This document shows positions 35,706 through 43,473 of a stretch of DNA of 50,118 nucleotides, piece by piece. The translations under genes and the position numbers were made by a program. The notes under the pieces were generated by a model, which searched no databases, was not told the DNA's origin, and was given only the letters and a program-made list of their open reading frames with translations. Source of the stretch: a virus; IMG/VR virus record IMGVR_UViG_3300007352_000006. The stretch is one strand, 5' to 3'. Position 1 is the first letter of the stretch. Every line of letters starts with the position of its first letter.

Positions 35706-36373
35706 GAGCAATTATTTTCGGCGCTCCCGCCGCTGATTCTCTGCCGGTATTCGAATCGATCACAAGTACAGCAGATTCATCGCGTAGAACGACATGGGCA
35801 ATAGATCATGTGGTAACTGCAAATAACGATAGAATTGTACTGGTCCATGTCGCCATCATAGGCACCGCTCTTTCCAATATAAATGCGATAGTGAATTGTG
35901 ACGGGCAGACTATGACCAGAGTTACAGGGGCATCTAATACTACTAATACTTCCGTCGAATCAAGCTGGTGGTATCTTACTGGTGTTTCTGCCGGTACTAT
36001 AACAATAGATGGTACATTTTTTGGCAAACCAAACGCAGATTGTATTGCTGCGATTAATTATTCCAATGTCAATCAAGTCAAGCCAATAGGTGTCGTTAGA
36101 AAATGGCAGAATTTGACAACTCCAACTGCATCGGTTGCAACGACATTATTCAAAAATTCCCTTCTTGTCGGCTCAATAACAGGAAATGATTCGACAGATA
36201 CTTATACTCCTGTCTGTGCCGCCGTAACAGAACAACTTGAAAAAGATATAGGGACGCAAGGAACAACCTGGATAGGGCAAATGCCTGCCGCCTCTCAAGG
36301 GGATTACAAATTCGGCGTTGCCGATGCCATCGTTAATGATCTCACGATTGTCTTCGAACTACGGGGGACATAA
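35702..36373 (+). CDS. hypothetical protein, 223 aa (AT-richer; possible receptor-binding module)
   Basis: ATGA overlap; visibly lower GC than its neighbours. Confidence 0.5.
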   Translation: MRAIIFGAPAADSLPVFESITSTADSSRRTTWAIDHVVTANNDRIVLVHVAIIGTALSNINAIVNCDGQTMTRVTGASNTTNTSVESSWWYLTGVSAGTITIDGTFFGKPNADCIAAINYSNVNQVKPIGVVRKWQNLTTPTASVATTLFKNSLLVGSITGNDSTDTYTPVCAAVTEQLEKDIGTQGTTWIGQMPAASQGDYKFGVADAIVNDLTIVFELRGT

Positions 36374-36663
36374 TGCGTATCCTTGCCTTCATACTGATGC
36401 TGGTTTCAACGCCTGCCTTAGGACAGATTCTTGGCACCATACAGATGCCATGCGCCCCATCCGAACTTGCATTGATGCCGGTCGAGGCAGCGGGGTATAG
36501 TCTGAAGGCCCGCGCGGCGGACGAAGACGGATCGCTATGGATGCGCTTCGAGCACAAGGATGGGCGATATCTTCTTCTCCTGGAATTCCCTCAGAACGGC
36601 TTGACATGCCGGGCTGGGGGTGGCGACCAATGGGAGGCGACCCAACAGGGAATCGGATCGTGA
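36373..36663 (+). CDS. secreted small protein, 96 aa
   Basis: Signal-peptide-like MRILAFILMLVSTPALG. Confidence 0.5.
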   Translation: MRILAFILMLVSTPALGQILGTIQMPCAPSELALMPVEAAGYSLKARAADEDGSLWMRFEHKDGRYLLLLEFPQNGLTCRAGGGDQWEATQQGIGS

Positions 36664-36878
36664 CCCCCGAGGAGCAGCGCCGATTAGCTGTCGTGGAAAC
36701 TCGCGCCGAAACCATGGCCGCCGATATCCACGAAATGAAGGTTGATCTCAAACGTATCGCCGATATTCTTGCTCAAGCCAAGGGATCATGGCGAACGTTG
36801 GTCGTCATCGGGGCGATTTCGGGGGCGGTGGGAGCGTTCATTGGCAAATTCGCCCCGTTCCTGCCATTTGGGAAATAA
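36660..36878 (+). CDS. coiled-coil protein with C-terminal TM helix, 72 aa (lysis-related candidate)
   Basis: GTG in a GTGA overlap; TLVVIGAISGAVGAFIGKFAPFL. Confidence 0.4.
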   Translation: MTPEEQRRLAVVETRAETMAADIHEMKVDLKRIADILAQAKGSWRTLVVIGAISGAVGAFIGKFAPFLPFGK

Positions 36879-36881
36879 TCA

Positions 36882-37109
36882 ATGCCAACCCCCAGACTCA
36901 CAAAAGCGGAAGCCGAACGACGAATTGCATTGGTCGAACAAAAACTACGCGAAGGGTACAAACCGCAGGGCATAGCTGTACGTGCCGGCGAAACTGGGGC
37001 CGTCCGTGCCGCCATAGAATCTGATGGTCTGAGCATAGGCGGGGCGGGAACCGGATTGGTCGCTGTATATTCCGGAACCAAAGCCCGAGGTCTTCCGTCC
37101 GGTCTATGA
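36882..37109 (+). CDS. hypothetical protein, 75 aa (possibly the 5' part of a split gene)
   Basis: ORF; the downstream frame is already open from 37039. Confidence 0.4.
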   Translation: MPTPRLTKAEAERRIALVEQKLREGYKPQGIAVRAGETGAVRAAIESDGLSIGGAGTGLVAVYSGTKARGLPSGL

Positions 37110-37212
37110 GGATCGTACCCCGCCAAATAATGATCTCGCTGCCCTGCTCCGCAAGGGCCCTCTGACCCTGGAATCCGCTGCTGAAAAACTTCGTATTACC
37201 CGTGGCGCCGCG

Positions 37213-38139
37213 TTGGATATGATTGATATCCTCCGTGCAAGCGGGATGAACATCCATCAATCTGGTGATTATTGGTCGGTTGCCAAGACTCAACCGCCGG
37301 CATTCACCGATGGCGACCTGCCGACCTATATTTCCAGGCCGGATAATACCTTTCGATTCGGTGCGTGGGGTGATTCGCATCTCGGGTCAAAATACGAACG
37401 TCTCGATGTCGCCAACGATCTTTATGATTGGTACGCCAAGGAAGGGGCAGACCGGGTATTCAATACCGGCAACTGGGTTGATGGCTACAAAGTTGGGTTG
37501 AACGAACACGATTTCCATATCCCGCATATGGAGGGCCAGCTTAAATATCTGGCCGAGAATTACCCCAAACGCGATGGCTTGATAACCTACGCGATCACAG
37601 GGGAAGACCACGAAGGCTGGTGGGCGCGTTCGATGGGCATCGACATCGGTAGACGTGCAGAACAGACGATGCGCGAATACGGTAGAGAAGATTGGATCAA
37701 TCTTGGTTTTATGGAGGCCCACGTCAGATTGGTGAATGCCAATACCGGAACAGAATCCATTCTTGCAGTTGTCCATCCCGGTGGCGGTACAGCCTACGCG
37801 CTGAGCTATTCGGTCCAAAAAATCGTCGAGGCCCTGGAGGGTGGTGAAAAACCCGCCGTTGCGCTGTACGGCCATTATCATAAACTATGGGCTGGGAATA
37901 TCCGTAATGTCTGGGTTGTCGTGACAGGTTGCGGTCAGGACCAAACGGTGTTCACCCGGAATAAGATCAAGCAGGAGGTCCATGTCGGCGGTACTCTGAT
38001 CGATTTGGAACAAGACCCCGAAACCGGCGCTATCATCGGCATGACGCCGCGATTGCGGCGCTACTTCGTGAAGGGGTACTATAACAACCGCTGGAACAAG
38101 GCCGGCGATGTCACTTTGCCAAAACGGGGCATCGGATGA
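37213..38139 (+). CDS. calcineurin-like metallophosphoesterase
   Basis: GDSHLG, GNWVDG, GEDHEG, HPGGG, GHYH motifs; in-frame HTH-like sequence upstream lacks an ATG. Confidence 0.7.
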   Translation: MDMIDILRASGMNIHQSGDYWSVAKTQPPAFTDGDLPTYISRPDNTFRFGAWGDSHLGSKYERLDVANDLYDWYAKEGADRVFNTGNWVDGYKVGLNEHDFHIPHMEGQLKYLAENYPKRDGLITYAITGEDHEGWWARSMGIDIGRRAEQTMREYGREDWINLGFMEAHVRLVNANTGTESILAVVHPGGGTAYALSYSVQKIVEALEGGEKPAVALYGHYHKLWAGNIRNVWVVVTGCGQDQTVFTRNKIKQEVHVGGTLIDLEQDPETGAIIGMTPRLRRYFVKGYYNNRWNKAGDVTLPKRGIG

Positions 38140-38369
38140 ACGATAACGTCGTCTGGCTTCCAACGACACTCGATATCCCTCCTGATCGCGTATTGCAAGA
38201 AGCGATAATGGACCCGTCGCTTGACACAGTTGTTGTCATTGGGAAAACACAAGAGGGCAGGCTTTATCTAGCATCTTCAACTGGTAACGGCGGGGAAATT
38301 TCTTTGCTGATACGGCGCGCAGAGCATTTCCTGATCCATTGGCTTATTGAACAGTGCGGGGATGCATGA
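38136..38369 (+). CDS. hypothetical protein, 77 aa
   Basis: ATGA overlap start. Confidence 0.5.
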   Translation: MNDNVVWLPTTLDIPPDRVLQEAIMDPSLDTVVVIGKTQEGRLYLASSTGNGGEISLLIRRAEHFLIHWLIEQCGDA

Positions 38370-38584
38370 AAATCGTCCGCATCACCTGGCACGACGCCGA
38401 AGCCGATGCGGAGTGGGCGAAAGCCGATGATCCTGTTACTGTACCGGAGTGCGAGACGGTGGGGTTCCTGGTGAAGAAAACACGGAAAGAAATCGTGATC
38501 GCACATACCCGTTCGGGTGATGATGTCAACGGTAGATTCAGCATACCGAGGGGGTGTGTGGTCAGGATCAAGGAGATCGCATGA
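38366..38584 (+). CDS. hypothetical protein, 72 aa
   Basis: ATG 38366 in an ATGA overlap. Confidence 0.5.
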   Translation: MKIVRITWHDAEADAEWAKADDPVTVPECETVGFLVKKTRKEIVIAHTRSGDDVNGRFSIPRGCVVRIKEIA

Positions 38585-38931
38585 AGCAACCGATGTTCTG
38601 GTATCTGGCAACCCCGTACAGCAAATATCCCGCTGGATTGACGCGGGCTTTCGAAGATGCAGCGATACAAGCCGCGCGTCTGATCGAACGAGGTCTTCGA
38701 ATCTATTCACCCATTGCCCATACACATCCGGTCGCAACACACGGCAATATCGATCCATTGGATCATGATATCTGGCTTGCACTCGACGAAGCGATGATGC
38801 ACGCCGCTGTCGGTTTAATCGTCTGCCGGATGGAAAGTTGGCAGGAAAGCCACGGGATAAAGATCGAAATCGAGGCATTTCAGAAAGCCGGCAAGCCGGT
38901 GCTCTACATGGACCCGTTGCCTCAAAAATGA
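38581..38931 (+). CDS. DUF1937 / nucleoside 2-deoxyribosyltransferase-like protein
   Basis: MFWYLATPYSKYP ... YSPIAHTHP pattern of DUF1937. Confidence 0.55.
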   Translation: MKQPMFWYLATPYSKYPAGLTRAFEDAAIQAARLIERGLRIYSPIAHTHPVATHGNIDPLDHDIWLALDEAMMHAAVGLIVCRMESWQESHGIKIEIEAFQKAGKPVLYMDPLPQK

Positions 38932-38977
38932 TGCAACACGAACGCTAACGCCCCTTATGCCTTGCAAATGAGGCACC

Positions 38978-39181
38978 ATGAACCATTGTCGAGATTGCCA
39001 TCATTATCTCCCAAATCTGCATCACCCGAACATGGGCGAATGCAAGTCGCTGCATTGGTGGCGGGGATATGAGTACAATTTAGATGATATCCCGATAACA
39101 GATATTTTAATCGAATATGATGAGGGATGGGGCGCGTATATGGGATCGGATTTCGGTTGCGTACATTGGGAAAAGAAATGA
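38978..39181 (+). CDS. Cys/His-rich hypothetical protein, 67 aa
   Basis: CRDCHHY ... GEC ... GCVHW. Confidence 0.45.
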   Translation: MNHCRDCHHYLPNLHHPNMGECKSLHWWRGYEYNLDDIPITDILIEYDEGWGAYMGSDFGCVHWEKK

Positions 39182-39687
39182 ATCCGAAACAGTTCACCCA
39201 ATTCGTGATCTACCCGGTACTGCAAAACCTGGGAATGTGGAGCCCGGCGGCAAGCCATCTTGTTCTCGGCACCGCGTTAGTCGAATCAAACCTTCACGAT
39301 ATCGACCAGATCATCGGATCAGATGACGGTGAATTGGGTCCGGCACTAGGCATCTATCAGATCGAACCGCAGACGCATTGGGACCTCTACCACAACTTTC
39401 TCGACTTGCTGACAGGGGACGAGGAACGGGATTTCAAACGCCAGGCATTAAAAGGATCACTCCTTCGGATGCTGGCGCTCTCACCACCACCCGAGGTCCA
39501 GCTTGTCACCAATCTCTGGTACGCCACCGCGATCTGTAGATTGATCTATTACCGTAGACCGGAACCGTTACCCCCGGATTCCCCGGCCGAATTGGCGAGA
39601 TATTACAAGCTGTGGTTCAATACGGCGGAGGGGAAATCGTCGATTAATAAGGCAATACCCCATTTCGAGCGGGCATGTGCCTTATAA
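39178..39687 (+). CDS. lysozyme-like (SLT-type transglycosylase-like) protein, endolysin candidate
   Basis: LVESNLHDIDQ ... GPALGIYQIEPQT resembles the catalytic Glu and GLMQI region of SLT domains. Confidence 0.5.
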   Translation: MNPKQFTQFVIYPVLQNLGMWSPAASHLVLGTALVESNLHDIDQIIGSDDGELGPALGIYQIEPQTHWDLYHNFLDLLTGDEERDFKRQALKGSLLRMLALSPPPEVQLVTNLWYATAICRLIYYRRPEPLPPDSPAELARYYKLWFNTAEGKSSINKAIPHFERACAL

Positions 39688-39691
39688 AAGA

Positions 39692-39721
39692 GGCCCCCGG
39701 AGCCGAAGCTCTACGGGGGCC
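39692..39721 (+). terminator. stem-loop GGCCCCCG-N14-CGGGGGCC, weak terminator candidate
   Basis: 8-bp GC stem; no U-tract. Confidence 0.25.
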
Positions 39722-39791
39722 AGTTGGGTCCGGGGTACGCACCCGGACAGGGAGGCCAGCCATTGGCTGGAATTGAAACTCTACCACACCC

Positions 39792-40010
39792 ATGGAGGAT
39801 GTCAAGATGCGCTCGAAACTGTCGTCGCTGACCATCAAGGGCCTGATCCTCACCGCTCTTGGTGCTGTCAGCCAGGTCCTCACATTGCTCGGCTTCGGTC
39901 TGGCACCGGAGGAATATGCCGGGATGGTCAAATTCGTCGAGGTCGGGTTTGAGGCTGTTGGTTTGCTGACCGCCTACATCGGCCGGGTCCGGATCGGTGA
40001 TCTGAAATGA
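39792..40010 (+). CDS. holin-like two-TM protein, 72 aa
   Basis: GLILTALGAVSQVLTLLGFGL and VGFEAVGLLTAYIG helices, charged C-terminus. Confidence 0.45.
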   Translation: MEDVKMRSKLSSLTIKGLILTALGAVSQVLTLLGFGLAPEEYAGMVKFVEVGFEAVGLLTAYIGRVRIGDLK

Positions 40011-40562
40011 TCGATGCAATCCGGGGCATGGTGGCGGCGGCGATTTTCTTTTTCGATCCGCACGCCCCTGCTTTGTAACGCGGCTTTTCGGTTGGCGCTT
40101 TGCGACTTCCTATCACCTACGGTGAAACCGTGTATCAGGCTCCGGCATCTAACCTGCCGACTGGAACTGCGGGCCGGGCGTTACCCCGACGTGACGCATC
40201 ATCACGGCCGTGAGAGCAGGTGTACAACATCCACGCTCGCCGCAGCACGCTGGATCATGCCATACCAGAATGGCGCTGTAAAGTGGTGCGGCCCCCGGCC
40301 CCTGAATCCATCGCCATCGCTGGCAACTGCCTCCGGCTGGAGACTCGGGGGTGTTCCGGCGCTGACCGCACCACCGACATTATATCAGAAAGCAGAACGG
40401 CCGCCCATTGCTGAGCGGCCGTCTGCGGCGCACCGGGGCCCAAATGAAGTAGGCTGCCAATTCTTGTACCCAGAGGGAGTCTGGGCCACTCGTCTGCTGC
40501 AACAGAACGACATTGCAGTGTCGCAAAAGGCAGCAAATCCACCCTCCCACACCGGCCCTGCG
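40011..40562. other. 552-bp GC-rich region with no credible coding potential
   Basis: The in-frame extension of the lipase ORF is Arg/Cys/Trp-rich; several hairpins at 40393-40517. Confidence 0.3.
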
Positions 40563-41258
40563 ATGTCAATATCCCCCCGCCTGATCCACGCCGCCGCCGT
40601 AGCCTCTGACCGGGTTTACGATGTCTTCCTCAGCGGTGCCGATACTGGTGACGCCGTTGCCTTTGATGAGAACGGCTCGCATATCCTGTGCCTGAAAACG
40701 CCAGAATATCTGATGGTGGCATGGCAGGGGACCGATTCCAGTAATTGGCGGGATGTCGCCTCGAATATGAGGATCGATCCCAAACCAACACCGCTGGGAG
40801 GCTGGGCGCACGCCGGATATCTGTCCTATACCTTGAAGGGGTGGGGCCCGGTAAGGGGCTGGCTGGAACAGAACGCTGATGGACGACCTGTTTACGCAAC
40901 GGGCCACTCAAGGGGCGGAGCCGCGGCTACAGTGGCTTTACAGTTCTGGCACCACTGGACGGCCGCGATCACGTTTGGTGCTCCTAAACCCGGAAATCTG
41001 GCGTTCTGGGCGGCTATTAAAGCCCCGGTCTACAGGGTGACGATCGAATCCGACTTCGCCCCCGAACATCCCACGGTATTTGGGATTCCAGTACCGGGTT
41101 ATTGGCAAGGTGGAGAACAATTGATGCTGGATCAATTCGGGCTGACCCCAGTCGAATGGAAGCCGATGGCGAACCGGGGCCGGCAGGACCGATCACCGCA
41201 CAATTCCGGGCTCTACCGGACATGGGCGGCGATGGCGGCGGCATTAAGTACCGTTTAG
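40563..41258 (+). CDS. class 3 lipase / alpha-beta hydrolase, 231 aa
   Basis: VAWQGTDSSNW and GHSRGGA (GxSxG) motifs; start at MSISPRL rather than track start 40014. Confidence 0.7.
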   Translation: MSISPRLIHAAAVASDRVYDVFLSGADTGDAVAFDENGSHILCLKTPEYLMVAWQGTDSSNWRDVASNMRIDPKPTPLGGWAHAGYLSYTLKGWGPVRGWLEQNADGRPVYATGHSRGGAAATVALQFWHHWTAAITFGAPKPGNLAFWAAIKAPVYRVTIESDFAPEHPTVFGIPVPGYWQGGEQLMLDQFGLTPVEWKPMANRGRQDRSPHNSGLYRTWAAMAAALSTV

Positions 41259-41278
41259 GCCGGGGACTAAATTTAGCA

Positions 41279-41352
41279 TGGCATAGGCGGCCGGGCTCGA
41301 ACCGGCATCTGCGGTTTTGGAGACCGCTGCTCTACCATTGAGCTACGCCCAC
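41279..41352 (-). tRNA. trnW: tRNA-Trp (anticodon CCA), CCA end encoded
   Basis: Folded by hand: 7-bp acceptor, GCTC/GAGC D stem, GCGGT/ACCGC anticodon stem, loop CTCCAAA, GCCGG-TTCGAGC-CCGGC T arm. Confidence 0.9.
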
Positions 41353-41517
41353 ATCCGGCTTACGCCACGGCCCCGGTCCGTCCCCCTGCACAGCGGCTGA
41401 CCATACCATGACGCGGTTGTAGACCGGGTACAAACCACCGCACCACAGCAGATTCATCAAACGGCCGATAATCCCGCCGAGCCGGCACAGGGCCCACGCT
41501 AGAAGCCAGCGCATCAT
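41332..41517 (-). CDS. small hydrophobic protein, 61 aa (uncertain; 3' end overlaps the tRNA)
   Basis: GAGGTAG RBS before ATGATG; N-terminal hydrophobic segment. Confidence 0.3.
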   Translation of the reverse strand: MMRWLLAWALCRLGGIIGRLMNLLWCGGLYPVYNRVMVWSAAVQGDGPGPWRKPDVGVAQW

Positions 41518-41526
41518 CTACCTCAT

Positions 41527-41573
41527 GTTATAAACCGGCTGTAATTACACCGGATCAACCGACGTTTTATAAC
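41527..41573. promoter_or_regulatory. AT-rich palindrome cluster: GTTATAAA ... TGTAATTACA ... TTTATAAC
   Basis: 8-bp inverted arms 41527-41534/41566-41573 enclosing the 10-bp palindrome 41540-41549. Confidence 0.4.
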
Positions 41574-41660
41574 ACCCGCCGGGGGAGGGCGGTCCATCGC
41601 GGCCCAAGCTGGACAGTCGCTGCATTGCGCCCATGCAGCCCTGGGCCGACCCCGGCGGAT

Positions 41661-42005
41661 TCAATCATCGCGCGCATGAGGATATTCACATTTCCTCGGG
41701 TCGCCATTCACGCATCGCGCCGCCCCATTTTGGCAACGCCAACAATTATGCAGGACGAACATGCCTTCGCGCGAATAATCTGGATCGCGCGGGTCGAGCG
41801 GCTTTCTATGAGTCTTTTCATGTGCATCGCGGCATTCGGGCTTTTTGCAAACATGCACAATTTTCTCGCCACTAGAATTGATGCCGCAATCCGAGCACGC
41901 CCAAACCGTGTCAACCCCACATATAACGCAGGGGGCAACACTGTACGGGCATTTGAATGACCCAAAATGTGTGCCGCCGCAAATTGGACAATTATTCATA
42001 TTCAT
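41661..42005 (-). CDS. Cys-rich zinc-finger-like protein, 114 aa
   Basis: Multiple CxxC pairs; ATG 42005 preferred (GGAGG RBS). Confidence 0.5.
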   Translation of the reverse strand: MNMNNCPICGGTHFGSFKCPYSVAPCVICGVDTVWACSDCGINSSGEKIVHVCKKPECRDAHEKTHRKPLDPRDPDYSREGMFVLHNCWRCQNGAARCVNGDPRKCEYPHARDD

Positions 42006-42039
42006 CCCAGGCCTCCAATACATGACGACCCCGGCGGGT

Positions 42040-42225
42040 TCATATTAAGTCAGTACGGCAGCCCTCACATAGCGGACCAACACCAACGACAAATATCGAA
42101 TCATCTTCGCATCTGCCTGTTGGCGAGTTGCAGAGAACACATAACTGACGTGTCCCTGGGTAGTGGCTGGCATTGATGATGCGATGTGTGTCTTGGTCAA
42201 GCGTTTTCCCATCCCACCAGTTCAT
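42040..42225 (-). CDS. Cys-rich small protein, 61 aa
   Basis: Strong AAGGAGG RBS; CVLC ... CEGC. Confidence 0.5.
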   Translation of the reverse strand: MNWWDGKTLDQDTHRIINASHYPGTRQLCVLCNSPTGRCEDDSIFVVGVGPLCEGCRTDLI

Positions 42226-42528
42226 TCTCTCCCTACCTCCTTAGTTGGAGCGCGGGCCGGGCCCTCGGTCTATAGACCAGAACGGCGGACGTTCCGGCTC
42301 CCGTACTTGCAAGTATTCTCCGCCGTAGGCCGCGCTTCCCGCCTCTCGGCGGAACTGTTGGGTGTGGGCCGGGCATTTCGGCATCGGGCTTCTCGCTGTG
42401 CGGTCTCCCGCCTCGGATTCGCTGGCGCCAGCTATAGCGATATTCACCCTGGAAAGCATCCCGAACCTAGTCACGGTGCATTTCTGCCCCACACCCACCC
42501 GTCTCTCGACGGGAACTGAAACACGAAT
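42226..42528 (-). ncRNA. candidate structured RNA (about 300 nt) with three GAGA-tetraloop hairpins
   Basis: Minus-strand CCCGTC-GAGA-GACGGG, GCGG-GAGA-CCGC, CCGCC-GAGA-GGCGG; 10-bp long-range pairing 42359-42368/42488-42497. Confidence 0.3.
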
Positions 42529-42858
42529 TCATCTATTCCAAGTCTGCCTAATTGTTGCGTGGTGCAGATATTGCTGTATCGACCTCACTTTCCGTTCTTC
42601 TGCTTTGGTGATGTTATCGCGCGTCACCCCCATTTGAGCGGCAACTACAGCATCAGCCGCAATCAATAGGTCGCCGATTTCCTTTGCCAGCAATTCAGCA
42701 TTGGTTGTTTCATCTTCGTCTTTGGGATGGTGCGATTTCAGGCCATGCCGCAATATCTTGCCGACGATTTGCACAACCTCACCGCATTCCTCGGCGAGCA
42801 AGGCTAGCAACTCGGTCTGTGCTGGTGTAAGCTGATTGAAGTTTTCTTCCGCCATCAT
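42529..42858 (-). CDS. MazG-like nucleotide pyrophosphohydrolase
   Basis: LLALLAEECGEVVQIVGKILRHG ... EIGDLL all-alpha NTP-PPase motifs; start at MMAEENF with AAAGGAG RBS. Confidence 0.6.
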   Translation of the reverse strand: MMAEENFNQLTPAQTELLALLAEECGEVVQIVGKILRHGLKSHHPKDEDETTNAELLAKEIGDLLIAADAVVAAQMGVTRDNITKAEERKVRSIQQYLHHATIRQTWNR

Positions 42859-42859
42859 C

Positions 42860-43102
42860 CTACTCCTTTTCCTGTGCCGATGCGAGCATGGCGCGCCAGC
42901 AATCACTAGCACGCTCTGGCAGAGTTCGATTCGCCATCTCACACCATCCCTTTTCTCCCGCGAGCTTCATCTGTTCCGTTGGCCCTGCTTTCTCCAACGC
43001 GGCAATGACAACATCAGCTTCCGGCAACCAGTTCTCCCAAACTGGGTCGAGGGACGCATTATGCTCGGCTAGCGCACGCGCGATGATCTCTCGGATGGTC
43101 AT
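42860..43102 (-). CDS. hypothetical protein, 80 aa
   Basis: ATG 43102 in an ATGA overlap. Confidence 0.45.
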   Translation of the reverse strand: MTIREIIARALAEHNASLDPVWENWLPEADVVIAALEKAGPTEQMKLAGEKGWCEMANRTLPERASDCWRAMLASAQEKE

Positions 43103-43281
43103 GACACCCCCATGCGCTTGCGCCGGAGGACGAGCCATTGTTGTAAAATGATTGGTCGATAATCACCCCTATTAAAACCCATTGCAACCCATTCATCTTC
43201 TGTCGGGTCGGCAAGGCATTCGGCTTTGCATTCGTCTATCGCTACCTTGACAAAGCTATTTGGTGCTTTGCGTTTGGTCAT
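43099..43281 (-). CDS. hypothetical protein, 60 aa
   Basis: ATGA overlaps at both ends. Confidence 0.45.
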   Translation of the reverse strand: MTKRKAPNSFVKVAIDECKAECLADPTEDEWVAMGFNRGDYRPIILQQWLVLRRKRMGVS

Positions 43282-43472
43282 GTCTTCATCCTCCGCAGGG
43301 CCGCTTCGATATAAACCGCTGCGTCAAGCAGTTCTTCCTGCAAGTGCGATAACCATTGTGTGTGACTGAGGTTAGCTTGGTCTGTCGTCACCCCGTACTT
43401 TGCAATTCCCCGCCGCGATCTGGCGGTTAATTTCTTGCACACGGAGGCGACGTTCTGGTCAGGCGTTGTCAT
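43278..43472 (-). CDS. small MazG-like / dNTP diphosphohydrolase-N-like protein, 64 aa
   Basis: GIAKYG ... W ... HLQEELLDAAVY pattern; start MTTPDQ directly after the HNH stop. Confidence 0.4.
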   Translation of the reverse strand: MTTPDQNVASVCKKLTARSRRGIAKYGVTTDQANLSHTQWLSHLQEELLDAAVYIEAALRRMKT

Positions 43473-43473
43473 A

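Noticed and set aside
40014-40562. N-terminal 183 codons of the 414-aa track ORF as a real extension of the lipase.
   Set aside because: The translation is Arg/Cys/Trp-rich with no domain-like pattern. The Lipase_3 similarity and a plausible start (MSISPRL) begin at 40563. It is treated as non-coding (see finding).
41279-41352. The tRNA as an integration (attP) site or a suppressor tRNA.
   Set aside because: It is a complete tRNA with the standard CCA anticodon. No integrase or recombinase was found anywhere in the genome, and TGA is used normally as a stop codon.
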